Assembly (NCBI GenBank): GCA_045649225.1
Contig: JAZRPN010000114.1
Coordinates: 1 to 32,226, forward strand
Length of the DNA stretch: 32,226 nt
Origin: Clostridia bacterium
Lineage (GTDB): Bacteria; Bacillota; Clostridia; UMGS1883
Reading direction: 5' to 3'
Translations under genes and position numbers: made by a program
Part shown: positions 1 through 8,481 of the stretch, piece after piece
Position numbering within the stretch: position 1 is the stretch's first letter
Layout of the letters: each line of letters starts with the position of its first letter
The notes under the pieces: generated by a model
The model's input: only the letters and a program-made list of their open reading frames with translations
Database searches by the model: none
What the model was told of the DNA's origin: nothing

Positions 1-257
1 TAATTTAAACTGCGAGCCTTAAGATTTGAAGATAACGCCTTAACAAGCCTTCCCCAGAAAAACGACGGGGAAGAAGCAATCACAACGCCGATATCAGCCG
101 TAACCTCTCTTGAGGAAAAACCAAGCTCGTTGGCTATGTCAAGGATTTTTCTTCTTGTTCTATGATTAACACCGGGACAATTGCCTAAGGCCCTCTTTAC
201 CGTGGATTCGCTCACTTCGGCAATCTCAGATATTTTTTTGATTTTATTTATCTTCAA
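1..257 (-). CDS. LacI-family-like HTH transcriptional regulator, N-terminal ~85 codons (gene runs off the left edge)
   Basis: The reverse frame is open from TTG (257-255) to the window edge. The translation KINKIKKISEIAEVSESTVKRALGNCPGVNHRTRRKILDIANELGFSSREVTADIGVVIASSPSFFWGRLVKAL shows a LacI/PurR-type N-terminal HTH followed by the IGVVI...FF start of the sugar-binding fold. It is absent from the ORF track because it is truncated. Confidence 0.5.
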   Translation of the reverse strand, partial: MKINKIKKISEIAEVSESTVKRALGNCPGVNHRTRRKILDIANELGFSSREVTADIGVVIASSPSFFWGRLVKALSSNLKARSLN

Positions 258-493
258 GGCTATATCACACCAATAGCATTTTTTTTCATTATAACAAGAA
301 TAATAAGGGTCAATCAATATACAATATGCATAAATTAGAAAGTTTTTTTTAGTGAATATGATAGCTGCATCTCCCTGAAAAACCTTGCAGTTTCCAAAAA
401 GATGCAGTAAATTATTTGTGTATGAAAAGCGTCGAAAATATTTCGCAGAATGTACCTTGCAAGAAAATTAAATTTTGTATGTAAAAGACACCT

Positions 494-518
494 GACCTTG
501 CGACCTTTGGGTTATCAT
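494..518 (-). repeat. Degenerate copy of the anticodon-arm/variable-loop segment of the neighbouring tRNA-Met (tRNA relic)
   Basis: gcgacctttgggttatcat (500-518) matches gcgaccttcgggttatgag (610-628) of the tRNA gene at 16/19 positions, about 110 bp downstream on the same strand. Confidence 0.5.
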
Positions 519-540
519 ATTTAAAATTCACGCATAAATA

Positions 541-572
541 AAAAAGAAAAACAGCCGCTAAAAGCGACTGTC
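541..572 (-). terminator. Rho-independent terminator downstream of tRNA-Met
   Basis: On the minus strand: CAGTCGCT-ttt-AGCGGCTG hairpin (552-570, one mismatch) followed by TTTTTCTTTTTT. Confidence 0.6.
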
Positions 573-582
573 TTTCTTTTTT

Positions 583-660
<78 letters not shown>

Positions 661-684
661 ATATCGAGTTTTTCAACAATGGCT

Positions 685-713
685 ATTATAACACAAGTGA
701 TAAGCTTTGTAAA
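685..713 (-). promoter_or_regulatory. SigmaA-type promoter for tRNA-Met
   Basis: Minus strand: TTTACA (713-708), 17 bp spacer, TATAAT (690-685), preceded by TGTGT (extended -10). The -10 lies about 25 nt upstream of the mature tRNA 5' end. Confidence 0.6.
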
Positions 714-882
714 GAGTTTTTTTAAAAAATATTAAAAATGCGGGTAAAATCGGCGATAAAATGTTAAAAATACAATAAGTAGTATTCACAACAAAATCGG
801 TTTCTATAATAAAAAATATTTATTATTTTATGTAAAACCAGGTTAACATAAAATAACAGTGTAAAATAAATGCATTTTAAAG

Positions 883-934
883 TTTTCCACAGAAAAAAGC
901 TTGTTTTTATGGTTATCAACAGGAGTTATCCACA
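883..934 (+). promoter_or_regulatory. Cluster of DnaA-box-like 9-mers
   Basis: TTATCCACA (926-934) is a perfect consensus. TTATCAACA (913-921) and TTTTCCACA (883-891) have one mismatch each. All three are in the same orientation in a 450-bp AT-rich non-coding region. Confidence 0.4.
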
Positions 935-1138
935 GAATTCACAGAAAATCAATAAAAAAAGTTTAAACCTGTGAAAAAGTTTTAAGCCATAAAAATGGGC
1001 AAAATTAGGTTTACAAAAAAAATTACCATTTAAAGGAAAATGCCCATTTTTACAGAATTATTAACCAACTTTTACTGAAAATTCTTTCATATTCTTCTTT
1101 ATTTTGTTACATACTTGAAATATGAGGGAGGAATGATA

Positions 1139-1396
1139 ATGACTAAAATAACTTACACAATAAAAGACCAGACAGGCATTCACGCACGTCCTGCAGGAAT
1201 GCTTGTAAAGCTTGCTTCATCATTTAAATCGGATATTAAAATTCAGACCGATGAAAAAAGTGCCGATGCAAAAAAGATATTTGCCGTTATGGGTCTTAAT
1301 GCAAAGTGCGGTCAGACAATCACCGTTAGTGCAGAGGGCGAAGATGAAAACGAAGCGATAGAAAAAATCGAAAGCTTTTTGAATAACAATCTGTAA
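1139..1396 (+). CDS. ptsH: Phosphocarrier protein HPr (PTS)
   Basis: MTKITYTIKDQTGIHARPAGMLVK contains the His15 active-site motif GIHARPA. GGAGG lies 8 nt upstream of ATG 1139. The ORF-track start at 1115 is an upstream TTG extension. Confidence 0.9.
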   Translation: MTKITYTIKDQTGIHARPAGMLVKLASSFKSDIKIQTDEKSADAKKIFAVMGLNAKCGQTITVSAEGEDENEAIEKIESFLNNNL

Positions 1397-1413
1397 GCCA
1401 AAGGAATGATAAT

Positions 1414-3057
1414 ATGAAAATCTATAGCGGAGAGTGCATCTCAGGCGGAGTTGCAATCGGAAAAATTGTTCTAATCAAAAAGAAAAGCACTGACGTCGAG
1501 TACAAAGAAGTGTCAGATACGAAGAGCGAGAAAAAGCGTTTTTACGACGCTTTAGAGATGGCAAAGAAAGAACTCGAAAATTTGTACGAATGTACAAAGC
1601 AAACTGTTAATGAAGAAAGTGCAGAAATTTTTGAGATACACAAAATGATGCTCGAAGATGACGACTATATAAACTCCATAATTGAAGAAATAGAAAATAA
1701 TCATACAAATGCCGAGTATGCAGTATGCGAAACAGGAAAAAAATTTGCGAAAATCTTTTCAACTATGGACGATGAATATATGAAGAGCCGCAGTGTTGAT
1801 GTTGAGGATATTTCGCAAAGAATAATAGCGGGTCTCAGGGGAGAAAAATGCGCATGCAGAATACTTTCCGAGCCGTCAATTATTATAGCAGATGAGCTTA
1901 CCCCGAGCGAAACGGTTCAGCTTGATAAAAGATACATTTCATCAATCGTTTCGGCAAAAGGGTCAGCACTTTCGCACGCTGCAATTTTGGCAAACATAAT
2001 GAATATCCCTGCGCTTGTAGGCTCGGACATACCGATTGATGGTGAACTTGACGGGAAAACTGCGGCGGTGGATGCGTATAACGGTAAAATATACATTGAG
2101 CCTGACTCAGATACTCTTTCGTTGCTTAAACAAAAAATTGAGGACGACAAAAAGCAGTTCGAGGTCTTTGAAGAATATCGGGGAAAGGAAACTGTTACCG
2201 CCGATAACAAAAAAATTATGCTTTACTCCAACATAAGCACACCTGATGATGTGGACTATGTCTTAAAAAACGATGCCGAGGGAATAGGTCTTTTCAGGAG
2301 TGAGTTTCTTTATATGGGAAGGCCGGCACCTCCCGACGAAGAGGAACAGTTTAAGACTTATCTGGCAGTTGTTGAGAAAATGAAAGATAAATGCGTTATC
2401 ATCCGTACCTTTGATTTGGGCGCGGACAAGCAGGCAGAGTTTATGGAATTTGAGGCTGAGGAAAATCCTGCACTCGGTATGCGAGGAATTCGTCTAAGTC
2501 TATCTCGTGAAAAGCTTTTCCGCACGCAGCTAAGGGCAATTTGCAGGGCTGCGGCTTACGGAAATATTTATGTGATGTATCCGATGATAAGCTCTCTTAC
2601 CGAAATTCATCGTGCAAAAGCAATTTGCAAGGCTGTGCGTGACGAACTTTTAAATAAAGGAGAAAAGATAGGGGAAATAAGGCAGGGAATTATGATAGAA
2701 ACACCTGCAAGCGCAATTATAAGCGATGACCTCGCAAAAGAGGTTGACTTTTTCAGCATCGGGACAAATGACCTGACGCAGTACACCCTTGCCGCTGACA
2801 GGCAAAATCAATCCCTTGGAGAAACCTACGATATGTTTCATCCTGCGGTTTTCCGTCTTATTAAAATGGTTTGCGAAAACGCACACAAAAACAATATATG
2901 GGTAGGACTTTGTGGTGAACTCGGAGGAAAGGAAGATGCAATTCCAAGACTCATTGAACTTGGGATTGACGAACTGAGTGTGTCGCCCAAAAATGTTCTT
3001 CCCACAAGAAAGATTATATCGAATTCCGTAGCACATCCTCAGGGTCAAGCAAGGTAA
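1414..3057 (+). CDS. ptsI: PTS enzyme I (phosphoenolpyruvate-protein phosphotransferase)
   Basis: 547 aa. It has the phospho-histidine motif GSALSHAAILANIMNIPALVG and PEP-utilizer C-terminal motifs (GIGLFRSEFLY, FFSIGTNDLTQY). It lies immediately downstream of ptsH. Confidence 0.9.
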   Translation: MKIYSGECISGGVAIGKIVLIKKKSTDVEYKEVSDTKSEKKRFYDALEMAKKELENLYECTKQTVNEESAEIFEIHKMMLEDDDYINSIIEEIENNHTNAEYAVCETGKKFAKIFSTMDDEYMKSRSVDVEDISQRIIAGLRGEKCACRILSEPSIIIADELTPSETVQLDKRYISSIVSAKGSALSHAAILANIMNIPALVGSDIPIDGELDGKTAAVDAYNGKIYIEPDSDTLSLLKQKIEDDKKQFEVFEEYRGKETVTADNKKIMLYSNISTPDDVDYVLKNDAEGIGLFRSEFLYMGRPAPPDEEEQFKTYLAVVEKMKDKCVIIRTFDLGADKQAEFMEFEAEENPALGMRGIRLSLSREKLFRTQLRAICRAAAYGNIYVMYPMISSLTEIHRAKAICKAVRDELLNKGEKIGEIRQGIMIETPASAIISDDLAKEVDFFSIGTNDLTQYTLAADRQNQSLGETYDMFHPAVFRLIKMVCENAHKNNIWVGLCGELGGKEDAIPRLIELGIDELSVSPKNVLPTRKIISNSVAHPQGQAR

Positions 3058-3724
3058 AATCGTCGGGGTCAGGAACAAGCACGTTATAAAATCTGAAACG
3101 ATTGTAGTCGTAAAGATATTCTGCCCCGCGCGATACATCGGGGTAGCGACTGAGCCAATCGGGGAAGTAGCTATGCATAAATTCCTGTGCAAAGCTTATT
3201 GCAAGGCTATTCTTGTTTTCGGGAGTTTTGGTACCGCTTACCATTACTCCCGGCGGGCTTGCATGCAGGAGAACAACGCTTTTGTCGGGACATTCTCCAA
3301 TGCATATGTATGCGTGAGAATGCTTGGCTGAGTAAAATATATCTCCGCAATGCCTTGTACTTACCTGACTTGCTTGTGTGATGCTTCCAAGACCAAGTGT
3401 GTGCAGTTTTTCTCCAAGCACGCCCGATTTGAAAACAAACCCCTGACGAGCGTTTTCAGTATAGAGCAGATTGTATATAGCCCATCCTATGTATCCCGTG
3501 CAATCAAGCCCCAAAGACGAAAGGCGAAGATAATCCTTATAATTATATAAGGATGTCTGAGAATTATAAAAATCTACCCACTGTTTTGACTCACCTATAG
3601 TTTTGGCTTCCACAGATGCGGCAGTGTCGGTTTCGTCCCAGCCGCCACCGTATACATACATCGTGTGCCCGACCGGAATTAATGCAGTTTTTATAAAGCG
3701 TTTTATTGTGGGAAAATTCATCAA
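3014..3724 (-). CDS. NlpC/P60-like (C40-type) cysteine hydrolase, putative
   Basis: 236 aa. The motifs YVYGGGW and GLDCTGYIGW (Cys nucleophile context) with downstream His residues resemble the NlpC/P60 papain-like fold. Assignment is by motif only. Confidence 0.45.
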   Translation of the reverse strand: MMNFPTIKRFIKTALIPVGHTMYVYGGGWDETDTAASVEAKTIGESKQWVDFYNSQTSLYNYKDYLRLSSLGLDCTGYIGWAIYNLLYTENARQGFVFKSGVLGEKLHTLGLGSITQASQVSTRHCGDIFYSAKHSHAYICIGECPDKSVVLLHASPPGVMVSGTKTPENKNSLAISFAQEFMHSYFPDWLSRYPDVSRGAEYLYDYNRFRFYNVLVPDPDDFTLLDPEDVLRNSI

Positions 3725-3752
3725 AAAACGTCCCTTCGATTATAATTTTCAC

Positions 3753-3780
3753 TTGACATTATATATAATTAAGGTATAAA
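3753..3780 (+). promoter_or_regulatory. SigmaA-type promoter of galE-pgi
   Basis: TTGACA (3753-3758), 16 bp spacer, TATAAA (3775-3780), about 40 nt upstream of the galE start. Confidence 0.45.
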
Positions 3781-3820
3781 ATATTCTTTCAGAGATATCA
3801 AATTTTTGGAGGTATTATCA

Positions 3821-4834
3821 GTGAAAATACTTGTAACAGGCGGAGCAGGCTACATAGGAAGCCATACTTGCGTTGAGCTTCTTAACGCAGGACACGAAAT
3901 CGTTGTTGTTGACAACCTTTCAAACTCAAGTCCCAAGTCAATCGAGGCTGTAAAAGAAATCACGGGCAAGGATTTCCCTTTTTATGTTTGTGATATTCTT
4001 GACAGAGAGATGCTTACTAAGGTTTTTGATGAAAACAAGATTGACTCAGTAATTCACTTCGCAGGTCTTAAGGCGGTAGGCGAGTCGGTTCAGAAACCGC
4101 TTGAATACTACCATAATAATATGACAGGTACTTTTGTGCTTCTCGATGTTATGCGTGAACACGGAGTTTATAATATCGTATTTTCATCTTCAGCAACTGT
4201 ATATGGCAGTCCGAAAACAGTGCCGATCAAGGAGGATTTTCCGCTTTCGACAACAAATCCGTACGGCTCTACAAAGCTTATGCTTGAGAGAGTTTTGTCA
4301 GATATGTATGTTTCTGACAACCGCTTCAGCGTAGTGCTTTTAAGATACTTCAACCCCATCGGTGCGCATGAAAGCGGTAAGATTGGTGAAGACCCCAAGG
4401 GAATCCCGAACAACCTTTTGCCCTATGTTGCGCAGGTTGCAGTGGGAAGACTCGAAAAGGTAAACGTGTTTGGTAATGAATATCCCACAAAGGATGGTAC
4501 AGGTGTGCGTGATTATATTCACGTTGTAGACCTTGCACTCGGCCACCTTAAAGCAGTTGAAAAGAAGAGCAATGACCCCGGCGTGCATATATACAATCTC
4601 GGTACCGGAAACGGCTACAGTGTGCTTGAAATTGTAAAGGCTTTCGGTGAGGCCTGCGGGAAAGATATTCCGTTTGTTATCGCACCGCCGAGACCGGGCG
4701 ATATTGCAATTTGCTACGCTGATGCAAGCAAGGCAGAAAAAGAGCTTGGCTGGAAAGCAGAACGCGGTATAGAAAAAATGTGTGCTGATTCGTGGAATTG
4801 GCAGAGCAAAAACCCCAACGGTTTTGAAAAATAA
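3821..4834 (+). CDS. galE: UDP-glucose 4-epimerase
   Basis: (V/M)[20 protein letters not shown] is a Rossmann motif. YGSTK is the catalytic YxxxK. GGAGG lies 8 nt before GTG 3821. The ORF-track TTG at 3806 overlaps the SD and is rejected as the start. Confidence 0.9.
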   Translation: MKILVTGGAGYIGSHTCVELLNAGHEIVVVDNLSNSSPKSIEAVKEITGKDFPFYVCDILDREMLTKVFDENKIDSVIHFAGLKAVGESVQKPLEYYHNNMTGTFVLLDVMREHGVYNIVFSSSATVYGSPKTVPIKEDFPLSTTNPYGSTKLMLERVLSDMYVSDNRFSVVLLRYFNPIGAHESGKIGEDPKGIPNNLLPYVAQVAVGRLEKVNVFGNEYPTKDGTGVRDYIHVVDLALGHLKAVEKKSNDPGVHIYNLGTGNGYSVLEIVKAFGEACGKDIPFVIAPPRPGDIAICYADASKAEKELGWKAERGIEKMCADSWNWQSKNPNGFEK

Positions 4835-4852
4835 TTTTAGAGGTGAATGTAA

Positions 4853-6202
4853 ATGACAAGGATTAAATTTGATAGTTCAAAGGCGGAGAAATTTGTATCA
4901 GTAGACGAAATTAAGGCACTTGCGCCTTTTGTTGTAACTGCACACGAAACACTTCACAGAGGTACAGGCAGGGGCGAAGAATTTTTGGGTTGGGTAGACC
5001 TCCCCGAAAACTATGATAAAGAAGAATATGCACGCATTAAAAAGGCTGCAGAAAAGATAAGAAGCAACTCAAAGGCTCTTATTGTTATTGGTATCGGCGG
5101 GTCATACCTCGGTGCGAGAATGGCGATTGAAATGCTCAGCCATAACTTTGTTAATGTGGGCGACGGTAACACAAACGGTGCTCCAAAGATTTTCTTTGCG
5201 GGTAACAACATCAGCTCTACTTACCTTGCAGACCTCATTGAAACGGTAAAGGATATCGATTTCTCAGTTAATATAATTTCAAAGAGCGGTACAACAACCG
5301 AGCCTGCTATAGCTTTCCGCATTTTCCGCAAGATGCTTATCGAAAAGTATGGCAAAGAGGGTGCGCGTGAAAGAATTTTTGCAACAACCGATAAATCAAG
5401 GGGTGCTCTTAAAAATCTTGCAGATGAAGAGGGTTACGAAACATTTGTTGTTCCTGATAATGTAGGCGGTCGCTACAGTGTTCTCACAGCAGTAGGTCTT
5501 CTTCCGATAGCGGCAAGCGGTATTGATATCGATGCTCTTATGCAGGGTGCTAAGGATGCTATGGTTGAGTATTCTGAACCCGATGTATTTAAAAACGACT
5601 GTTATAAATACGTTGCAGTAAGAAATGCACTTTACCGCAAGGGTAAAACTATCGAAATGATGATTAACTATGAGCCTCAGGTTCATTACTTTGCAGAGTG
5701 GTGGAAACAGCTCTTCGGCGAAAGCGAAGGCAAGGAAAACAAGGGTATTTTCCCTGCAGCGGCTGATTTTTCGAGCGACCTTCATTCTATGGGTCAGTAC
5801 ATTCAGGAAGGCCTCAGAACAATGTTTGAAACTGTTTTGTTCTTCGACAACGCACGCAAGGAAATTAAAATCGAAGAAGATGCAGACAATGTTGACGGCC
5901 TCAACTTCCTTGCAGGAAAGGACGTAAGCTTTGTAAACGAGCAGGCATTCAATGGTACACTTCTCGCTCATACAGACGGCGGAGTGCCCAACCTTGTACT
6001 CCACATTGACAAAATGGATGCATACTGCCTTGGTAATCTTATTTACTTCTTCGAAAAGGCATGCGGCATAAGCGGATATCTTCTTGGTGTTAATCCGTTT
6101 GACCAGCCTGGCGTTGAAGCATATAAGAAGAATATGTTTGCACTTCTCGGAAAACCCGGCTATGAAGCTCAGAGAGAAGAACTTTTGAAGCGTCTTAAAT
6201 AA
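4853..6202 (+). CDS. pgi: Glucose-6-phosphate isomerase (Firmicute ~450-aa type)
   Basis: 449 aa with the motifs [21 protein letters not shown] and FGESEGK, characteristic of PGI. Confidence 0.9.
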   Translation: MTRIKFDSSKAEKFVSVDEIKALAPFVVTAHETLHRGTGRGEEFLGWVDLPENYDKEEYARIKKAAEKIRSNSKALIVIGIGGSYLGARMAIEMLSHNFVNVGDGNTNGAPKIFFAGNNISSTYLADLIETVKDIDFSVNIISKSGTTTEPAIAFRIFRKMLIEKYGKEGARERIFATTDKSRGALKNLADEEGYETFVVPDNVGGRYSVLTAVGLLPIAASGIDIDALMQGAKDAMVEYSEPDVFKNDCYKYVAVRNALYRKGKTIEMMINYEPQVHYFAEWWKQLFGESEGKENKGIFPAAADFSSDLHSMGQYIQEGLRTMFETVLFFDNARKEIKIEEDADNVDGLNFLAGKDVSFVNEQAFNGTLLAHTDGGVPNLVLHIDKMDAYCLGNLIYFFEKACGISGYLLGVNPFDQPGVEAYKKNMFALLGKPGYEAQREELLKRLK

Positions 6203-6205
6203 TTT

Positions 6206-6235
6206 GCATAATAAAAGCCTTTGCGGGAAAGATTT
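6206..6235 (+). promoter_or_regulatory. Forespore (sigmaF-type) promoter candidate for sigG
   Basis: GCATA (6206-6210), 15 bp spacer, GGAAAGATT (6226-6234). This fits the B. subtilis sigmaF consensus as I recall it (GCATR-15-GGHRARHTX). It is embedded in the 5' arm of the pgi terminator hairpin. Confidence 0.4.
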
Positions 6236-6266
6236 TAAATAGAAAATCTTTCTTGCGGAGGCTTTT
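6213..6266 (+). terminator. Long terminator hairpin after pgi that sequesters the sigG Shine-Dalgarno
   Basis: 6213-6236 pairs with 6243-6266, about 24 bp including 4 G-U pairs, with a 6-nt loop. The 3' arm contains GGAGG (6257-6261) and ends in TTTTT just before ATG 6268. Confidence 0.6.
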
Positions 6267-6267
6267 T

Positions 6268-7038
6268 ATGATAAGTAAAGTTGAAATATGCGGGGTAAAT
6301 ACATCGAAGCTGCCAATGCTTTCTGCACAAGAGAAAAAGGAATTGTTCGAGAAAATAAAAAAAGGGGACTCACTTGCCCGAGAAACCTTTATTAAAGGGA
6401 ATTTAAGGCTTGTTTTAAGCGTTATCGGGCGTTTTAATAATCGGGGAGAAAATGTTGACGATTTATTTCAGGTGGGGTGCATCGGGCTTATTAAGGCGAT
6501 TGACAATTTTAATACCGAGCTTGACGTCCAGTTTTCTACGTACGCCGTGCCGATGATAATAGGCGAAATCAGAAGATATCTCAGAGACAATAACTCTGTC
6601 AGAGTATCACGCTCTCTTCGGGATATTGCATATAAGGCACTTTGTATGCGTGAGCGTGTAATTAAGGAAACAAACCGTGAGCCAACAGTCGAGGAAATTG
6701 CAAAGGGGATAGAGTCAACCAAAGAGGAGGTTACAATGGCGCTTGATGCCATTCAGGAGCCGATTTCCCTTTTTGAACCCGTGTATCACGACGGAGGGGA
6801 CGCCGTTTTTGTTATGGATCAGGTATCCGATAAGAAAAACATTGATGAAGCGTGGATTGAGAGAATATCTCTCAGGGAAGCAATGCAAAAGCTTTCCGAC
6901 AGAGAAAAGCTTATCGTAACACTTCGGTTTTTCAAAGGCAAAACACAAACCGAAGTTGCACAAGAGGTTGGGATAAGTCAGGCACAGGTTTCGCGCCTTG
7001 AGAAAAGTGCAGTAAACAGTATGCGTAAAAATATATGA
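6268..7038 (+). CDS. sigG: Sporulation sigma factor SigG
   Basis: MISKVEICGVNTSKLPML...GNLRLVLSVIGRFNNRGENVDDLFQVGCIGLIKAIDNF...FSTYAVPMIIGEIRRYLRDNNSVRVSRSLRDIAYKAL is near-collinear with B. subtilis SigG, including the N-terminal KVEICGV-TSKLP signature that distinguishes it from SigF. Confidence 0.88.
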   Translation: MISKVEICGVNTSKLPMLSAQEKKELFEKIKKGDSLARETFIKGNLRLVLSVIGRFNNRGENVDDLFQVGCIGLIKAIDNFNTELDVQFSTYAVPMIIGEIRRYLRDNNSVRVSRSLRDIAYKALCMRERVIKETNREPTVEEIAKGIESTKEEVTMALDAIQEPISLFEPVYHDGGDAVFVMDQVSDKKNIDEAWIERISLREAMQKLSDREKLIVTLRFFKGKTQTEVAQEVGISQAQVSRLEKSAVNSMRKNI

Positions 7039-7068
7039 AAAAGAGGTGATTATAAATCACCTCTTTTT
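7038..7068. terminator. Bidirectional terminator between convergent sigG and the M23 peptidase gene
   Basis: AAAAAGAGGTGAT-tataa-ATCACCTCTTTTT is a perfect 13-bp stem with A/T runs on both sides. It overlaps the last codons of the minus-strand gene. Confidence 0.7.
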
Positions 7069-8400
7069 CATATATGGATATGGGTTTATTTGCTCGCCGT
7101 TTTTTATTATTTCAAAATGAAGGTGCGGCCCCGTGGAATTACCTGTGTTTCCGCTAAGTGCAATATGCTGACCCGCCGAAACGGTTTGCCCGACCTTAAC
7201 ATCAATTTTGCTTAAATGACCATAAGCTGTCTGCAGGCCAAACCCGTGGTCTATCTTTATGTACTTTCCGTATCCACCTGCATTTTCGGAAACGTAGGAT
7301 ACAACGCCGCACTCTGCCGACAAAACGGGTGTTCCCTCGTCAGCAGCAAGGTCAATGCCCTCGTGCGTTCGTCCCCATCTTTCTCCAAAATGAGAAGAGA
7401 TAACACCAACCATCGGGAAAATTACACCTGATTCTAAAATATTCTTTTGCTTTGTTCCCGTGCGGATCACCTCTGTAACGGGCTGAGATGTTACGCTTTC
7501 CGATGTTGTGGTTTCTGAAAGCAAAAGTCCATTTTTATAAGTTGCCCTGCGGCTGATTTCCTTAGTGCCTGCGCTCCCTTCGGTTACAACTATATTTTCG
7601 CCAAGATAAAGCGAACTGTCGTTTTGTGTTTGCGTGTCATAGGGGATGGATTCTTTTACCGACGAATTTACAACACTGACTACGTTTACACTGCCGTTTT
7701 CACCAAGGAGTCTTAAACACTCTTCCTTTGAGGAAATCTCGTTCTTTTTTACGATTTCTTTTTTTATTTCCACATCAGATACCGAGCTTACTTTGCCATT
7801 CATTGAAAATGCACTGATATACTTATCCAACGCCTCCTGTGCGTCGGATTTGGTTTTTGCAGTATATATCTTTTCCCCGCCGGAAAATAACGAGTAACCG
7901 TTAAGGTAGTCGGGAGACGAGAGAATCAAGCTGTTCAGAAGCTCTTTACCACTACTGAAATTTTTGCGCAGATACAAGGTGGGCGTAATTCTCAGCGAAG
8001 AAAGGAATTGAGAGTCTTTTTCGCCCAGCTTTTTTTCTGCCTTTTTTATGGCGGTGGCGTACTGCTCGGAGCTGTTTGTAACGGCAACAAGGTCCTTTCC
8101 ATGATATATAGCTGTTCCAAAAGCAAAAAACCTGAAAAACAAGAGCAGACAACATATGCAAAGAACACTGGAAATAGCTGCCCTTGCAAATGCTTTGTTT
8201 GCTTTGGTTGCGTTTTCTGCATAATACGCAAATGCGCTTTTAAAAGTATCAATAAAGTTAATATCTATATTAATATTCAGCCTTAATTTTTTTCTTTTAT
8301 TTTCCGCCGCATAAAAAACTTTTGGCTTGGGTTTAGGTGGCGCACAAACACCCGAAATAATAAAACCGTTACCTCTTTGCGGCGGGAATTCTGCCTGCAT
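7057..8400 (-). CDS. Membrane-anchored G5-domain / M23 (LytM) family metallopeptidase
   Basis: The C-terminus carries HEGIDLAADEGTPV...GGYGKYIKIDHG...GNTGNSTGPHLHFEI, the HxxxD and HxH Zn ligands of M23. A G5-like segment ends in VIRTGTKQK. There is one N-terminal TM helix (ISSVLCICCLLLFFRFFAFG). The start is taken at ATG 8400 (MQAEFPP), preceded by GGGGGTGA. The ORF-track start at 8478 lies inside a palindromic hairpin. Confidence 0.8.
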   Translation of the reverse strand: MQAEFPPQRGNGFIISGVCAPPKPKPKVFYAAENKRKKLRLNINIDINFIDTFKSAFAYYAENATKANKAFARAAISSVLCICCLLLFFRFFAFGTAIYHGKDLVAVTNSSEQYATAIKKAEKKLGEKDSQFLSSLRITPTLYLRKNFSSGKELLNSLILSSPDYLNGYSLFSGGEKIYTAKTKSDAQEALDKYISAFSMNGKVSSVSDVEIKKEIVKKNEISSKEECLRLLGENGSVNVVSVVNSSVKESIPYDTQTQNDSSLYLGENIVVTEGSAGTKEISRRATYKNGLLLSETTTSESVTSQPVTEVIRTGTKQKNILESGVIFPMVGVISSHFGERWGRTHEGIDLAADEGTPVLSAECGVVSYVSENAGGYGKYIKIDHGFGLQTAYGHLSKIDVKVGQTVSAGQHIALSGNTGNSTGPHLHFEIIKNGEQINPYPYMKKR

Positions 8401-8447
8401 ACAATCACCCCCGTAGACTAAAATAATCATATGCAGGACAAAGCGTG

Positions 8448-8481
8448 AAAATGCCATACAGCATTTGCTGTATGGCATTTT
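8448..8481 (-). terminator. Perfect palindromic hairpin (terminator of the acyl-CoA ligase transcript, potentially bidirectional)
   Basis: ATGCCATACAGCA/TGCTGTATGGCAT (8451-8478) is an 11-13 bp stem flanked by A and T runs. Confidence 0.45.

Noticed and set aside
991-1051. Inverted repeat AAAAATGGGCA ... TGCCCATTTTT upstream of ptsH as an attenuator or RAT-like element
   Set aside because: Only 5 G/C-containing pairs span a 39-nt loop, there is no RAT consensus and no BglG/GlcT-type antiterminator gene is nearby. This is too weak to call.
700-1114. Chromosomal replication origin (oriC)
   Set aside because: DnaA boxes and AT-rich DNA are present, but there is no dnaA, dnaN, rpmH or gidA context and only about three good boxes. 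It is kept as a DnaA-box cluster finding rather than an origin call.
5396-6004. Long antisense ORFs inside pgi, and similar ones at 2650-3192, 15418-15873, 17706-18110, 22151-22570 and 23852-24376
   Set aside because: These are shadow ORFs opposite strongly supported genes. Their compositions are Cys/Phe/Lys-rich nonsense, and they have no RBS or motifs.
8401-8478. Upstream extension of the M23 peptidase ORF (MPYSKCCMAF...)
   Set aside because: The ATG at 8478 and the first 10 codons are simply the two arms of a perfect palindromic hairpin. No RBS is present. ATG 8400 has a GGGGGTGA SD.
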